A DNA stretch of 64,000 bases. Source: Eledone cirrhosa (Eukaryota). Location of the stretch: the NCBI GenBank assembly GCA_964016885.1, contig OZ024742.1:66092001-66156000 (forward strand), in the 5' to 3' direction. This document shows, piece after piece, positions 59,781 through 64,000 of the stretch. The position numbers and the translations under genes were made by a program. The notes under the pieces are model-generated. The model was not told the origin of the DNA. It was given only the letters and a program-made list of their open reading frames with translations, and did no database searches. The stretch's first letter is position 1. Every line of letters starts with the position of its first letter.

Positions 59781-61187
59781 GAGAGGATGACTGTGATTGA
59801 ATAACTAACGGGGTTTTTTCAGAGAAAATGGGGAGACAATCAATCCTTGTAACTGCTTTGGTCACGTTCCTCAATTCCGCCCGTTTCTAAATTGGCCCTC
59901 TAACTTTATAAGGTACATTCAGGCACACATACACACGCACATATATATTTGCCCAAAAGGAGCTGAAATAATCCTTCCAAATAGTTTTCCTGTCTTCCAT
60001 AGTTCCTTGCAGTTCAATTATTGGTGTTATATCTCTTTTACCAGTTGGACTATTTGTTTGCCTTTCGTTTTGGTAAAAGGACTTCACCAACACGATTTTA
60101 CGAGTCTATCAGGTTTCCTTTTAATATCAGACTCTTCAGACACACTTTCCATGAGTTCAGATAATTTTTGGTGAATTAAATTTGGTGAAATAGCAGCCAA
60201 AACCTTCAGCATCAAATATGCTAGAAGTAGCGGCTATATAACATAGATCAAATTTAACATGTCTACGATAGACATGACAAATCCCGTAAACAAGACAGGG
60301 AGACTGCACCAAAAGAAACAATAACGATGATGTACGATTAATCTAAAAGTAGTTTTAAAATAGAAAAATAATATTTATAGAAAGACAAAGTAAAAAAATG
60401 ATATGAAATTATCACAGACACAATTAATGTTTGAAGATTCCATCCTTGAAACCATATTATTTCAATACTATACAAACATTTCAGGGTTTTTGATTCACTT
60501 AATAATCTGAAAGTGATGGATCGAAAATCGTCTTTGGAGCATGAAGTCTAAGTTTAATGTCTGTTGAAGCTGCTCTATGATCAGTAGTTCTTGTTTGTGA
60601 AGTAGTTATAAATGCTTCTGCGTTGTATACAGATCGAATCCACATCGTTCAGCTCCCTTTTAGGTACCTGACAGTAAATTTGTCATTTCTTCAGTAGTAG
60701 AAAAACATTTACCAATTAATGACGGGCTCTTAACTTTTCTCCTGGAAGCGATGAGTAGTGCGAGGAGAGAATCAAAGCAAGCGGAGCTGTAGGAGTGAAT
60801 TGTATTCCTTTAGAGATAGGAGAATCACCAAAATTGGCAGTTATTTGTAAACATTCTTTAGAGCAAAGTACAGTTTTAATATATCATTTGAATTTATATA
60901 ATAATTTTCCTGAGAGATTTGGTATTGATGTACACCTTGCGTATCATCTATATGAAATAAGTTTAATAAGGTATTATGCTTGGAAAACCTAAAAAATGGA
61001 AATTAGTAGTCCAAGTTACGAAACGGTCAAATGAGGAGACAGTGAGTAGTCTTGAATCGAGATACTTACGAAGAAGTTATATACATAATTACATGCATAA
61101 GTACACACTATGTACATATATATACATTCACACAAACATACAGTATTTTTTCCTCTTTTTCTCACACATACCTATGCATATATATAT

Positions 61188-61239
<52 letters not shown>

Positions 61240-61243
<4 letters not shown>

Positions 61244-61545
61244 GGAGGTGAGTTTTATTGTAGAACAATAAAGCAATGCAAATATCGGATAAGTAGCACT
61301 CAACAGTTTATTGGACTGGAGTATATATAAGAGAAAATTAAAAGATGGTTAACAAAGTTCCATGTATTTTATTATGCGCATTTCAAAAACAAATATTATC
61401 CTGGGACGATATTTGCGTTCTCATCATGTCTCCCTATTTTATCTGATGAGAACGTAAATATCGTCCCAGGATGATATTTGTTTTTGAAATGCGCATAATA
61501 AAATACATGGAACTTTTTTAACCATCTTTTAATTTCTTCTTATTT
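61240..61545. mobile_element. Fold-back hammerhead mini-element, family D (related to C)
   Basis: Arms ~61325-61426 / 61445-61545; long tail 61240-61325; in (TA)n. Confidence 0.83.
61435..61506 (+). ncRNA. Type-I hammerhead ribozyme with palindromic stem III
   Basis: TATTTTAT-CTGATGA-GAACGTAAATATCGTCC-CA-GGATGATATTTGTTTTT-GAAA-TGCGCATA-ATAAAATA. Confidence 0.85.
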
Positions 61546-61657
61546 ATATATATATATGCATTCCCATTTCTGTTTTCCAACGAGGATTACGAGTACTTAA
61601 ATGTCCAGATGTGTACTCACTACCTTTATCGCATATGATGGAGTTGGCATTAATAAT

Positions 61658-61845
61658 TATTTCTACTTTAGGCACAATGCCAGCAATTACCCAGTGTATT
61701 ACAGGTACTTTATTTTATCGACCCCGTAAGGATGAAAGGCAAAGTCAACCTCGGCGGGATTTGAACTCAGAATGGCAAGGACCGTAACTCTATGCGTCAA
61801 AGCATGGTGTCCGACCCTCTATCGATACTGCGAATTCACCGCCCT
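61658..61845 (-). mobile_element. Deu/Nin-like tRNA SINE copy
   Basis: Homologous to 11283-11470 and 41972-42160. Confidence 0.85.
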
Positions 61846-62767
61846 TAATAATCGTTGCAAACTTGCTTGCAACACGCCTAGCTCATTTGCTTGCCCTTTA
61901 TATTATGTGGTACTTTTTTCAAACTCTATTCACATCGTCATTACACCACTTCTCCCACAATTTCAGATAAGCATTAATTGTGATGTTGCTAGTCATAAAA
62001 TACGTATTTTCAGTTCATTTTAGGATGAGGTTTACGATTTAATATTTTGGCATGAAGATGACCATCATCTCAAGTTGCTCACATGATATTATCGGGGTAT
62101 CAAATAACAAAGCACTGTAGGGGCAGTGTAGTCTCTTGTTTTGAAACAGACTGCACTCGATATAATACAAAGGCATATTTCTCAATGCGTCTAATATCAT
62201 GAATGTTTACGCCGTTATAAATATATATATATATATATTTAACATATGTGAATTCGACATGGTCCCCACTGCATAGACCTTCGGGCATATGTGTGTTAAC
62301 ATAATCTCAGGTCAGGCAAATCTTCGTAAGTGAAATTAGTGAAATTAGGTAGACGAAAAATGCTTAAGGAGCGGTCTAAATGCATGGTTTCTCGAATTCA
62401 AAGGTGCAGGCTTGTAGCATTGATTCCTTTTAAGATTTATGATAGGTTACATGTATGTGAGTGAGTGTGTGTAGAATACCAGCAACTAATTAAAGTATTA
62501 CACTGTTCGTATGCATATAGTGACACAAATTCATGCACACATTTGATTGTATCTGTGTCTCAATATCCGCTGTGAATATGTGTGTGTGCTTGTGTTTATG
62601 GCTATGCCCCAGTCTCCGAATATTTCATTAAAGACTTTATGTTTTTTAATTAGTTTTTTTATAACCTCTGTCGACCATTAATTTTCCAAGGTCGATCGAC
62701 GTTTCAAGCACATTACCGTCATATCGTCTGTATGAAACGTTTGTAGCGGTGACATTTATGACTTCTA

Positions 62768-63070
<303 letters not shown>

Positions 63071-64000
63071 CTATGTAAATTTATATATATATATATATAT
63101 ACACACAACTATTCATAGCCTCCTGCAGAAATAATTCTGAGTTTATAACCCTATAGATAGAGAGCACGCACTGGTCTAACAGGGGAAGAGAAAGTATAAT
63201 GAATCGGATTAATTTTAGCACCATTTATTTTTAGTGCTGTCTCAACGAAGCAAATTCTCTGGGTGAAAGTGACAAATACGGAGGTAGAGATATGTAGTCA
63301 AATATATAGAGAAATAAAGAGGGCTAGGGTCATAGATAGATGAACAAGAGACGTATATAGAGAAAGGTTGATATGTGAATGAATCTATACAATTAATAGT
63401 TAAATTTCAGCTAACTATGCTTTGGACCATTACAGGCTTATGAAACCGACTCAGTCAAGCATTGACATCACAGTAACAGACAAAGGAGAGCGGAGAAAAT
63501 GTCAAAGGAAATGTGTAGTATTGTATGAGAAAAGTCACAAACATTAGTTAATTTCTAGCTAATATATTGAAAAGAGAATGTAGTAAATATAGATTTGGTA
63601 AATAGTTTTCGAGATGGGCCAATTAATTTAACATACATTACTTAAATCCATTAAAACCATATATTCAGCGCCGTTGTATCATAGACAAAAGGTAGCTCAC
63701 GGGTACAACGTTACATTTCACCCATTTCATGTTGTAGCATCTTAAAAATATTTTGGCTCACATGTGATGATGTAATTTAAAATACAATATACCGGGAAAT
63801 GGGAAAATAACTGACCAAAATGCCTTCTCTCCTGTTTCCCAGAGCTAGTATGAGGTCGGCTAGTTTGCTAGAAATCAAAGTCAGATCTCCCAGAAAACAT
63901 GCTACATTGTCTTAAACCTTTGGCATTTGCATTACTCTATTTATACTATTGTATTTTTGTGGTAAAGGCTTTATCTTATACAATTATCTCACATAATATC

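Noticed and set aside
59887-60740. Possible old LINE remnant on the minus strand (WKDYF, TDHRA-like)
   Set aside because: Too degenerate to call without a BLASTX search

Overview
AT-rich, microsatellite-dense animal non-coding DNA. The repeat families suggest a mollusc, probably an octopus (inference). No host gene exon is recognisable, and nearly all short ORFs are translated microsatellites. The window holds a decayed GIY-YIG Penelope-like element (PLE) with inverted pseudo-LTRs (3.1-6.7 kb), a second PLE 3' end (25.2-27 kb), three R4/Dong-type RLE non-LTR copies in (TAA)n (one nearly intact), a decayed RTE LINE with three C-terminal zinc fingers, Helitron remnants, tRNA-derived SINEs, MITEs, and a probable false duplication across a 200-N gap. 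The most striking pattern is about a dozen short non-coding fold-back elements from several unrelated families, embedded in (TA)n. Most carry a minimal type-I hammerhead ribozyme, and most have one short and one long arm. In four families the long-arm tail shares (G/C)TRTTGAGTRC about 13-20 nt past the point where the short arm stops. All coordinates and alignments were read by eye.
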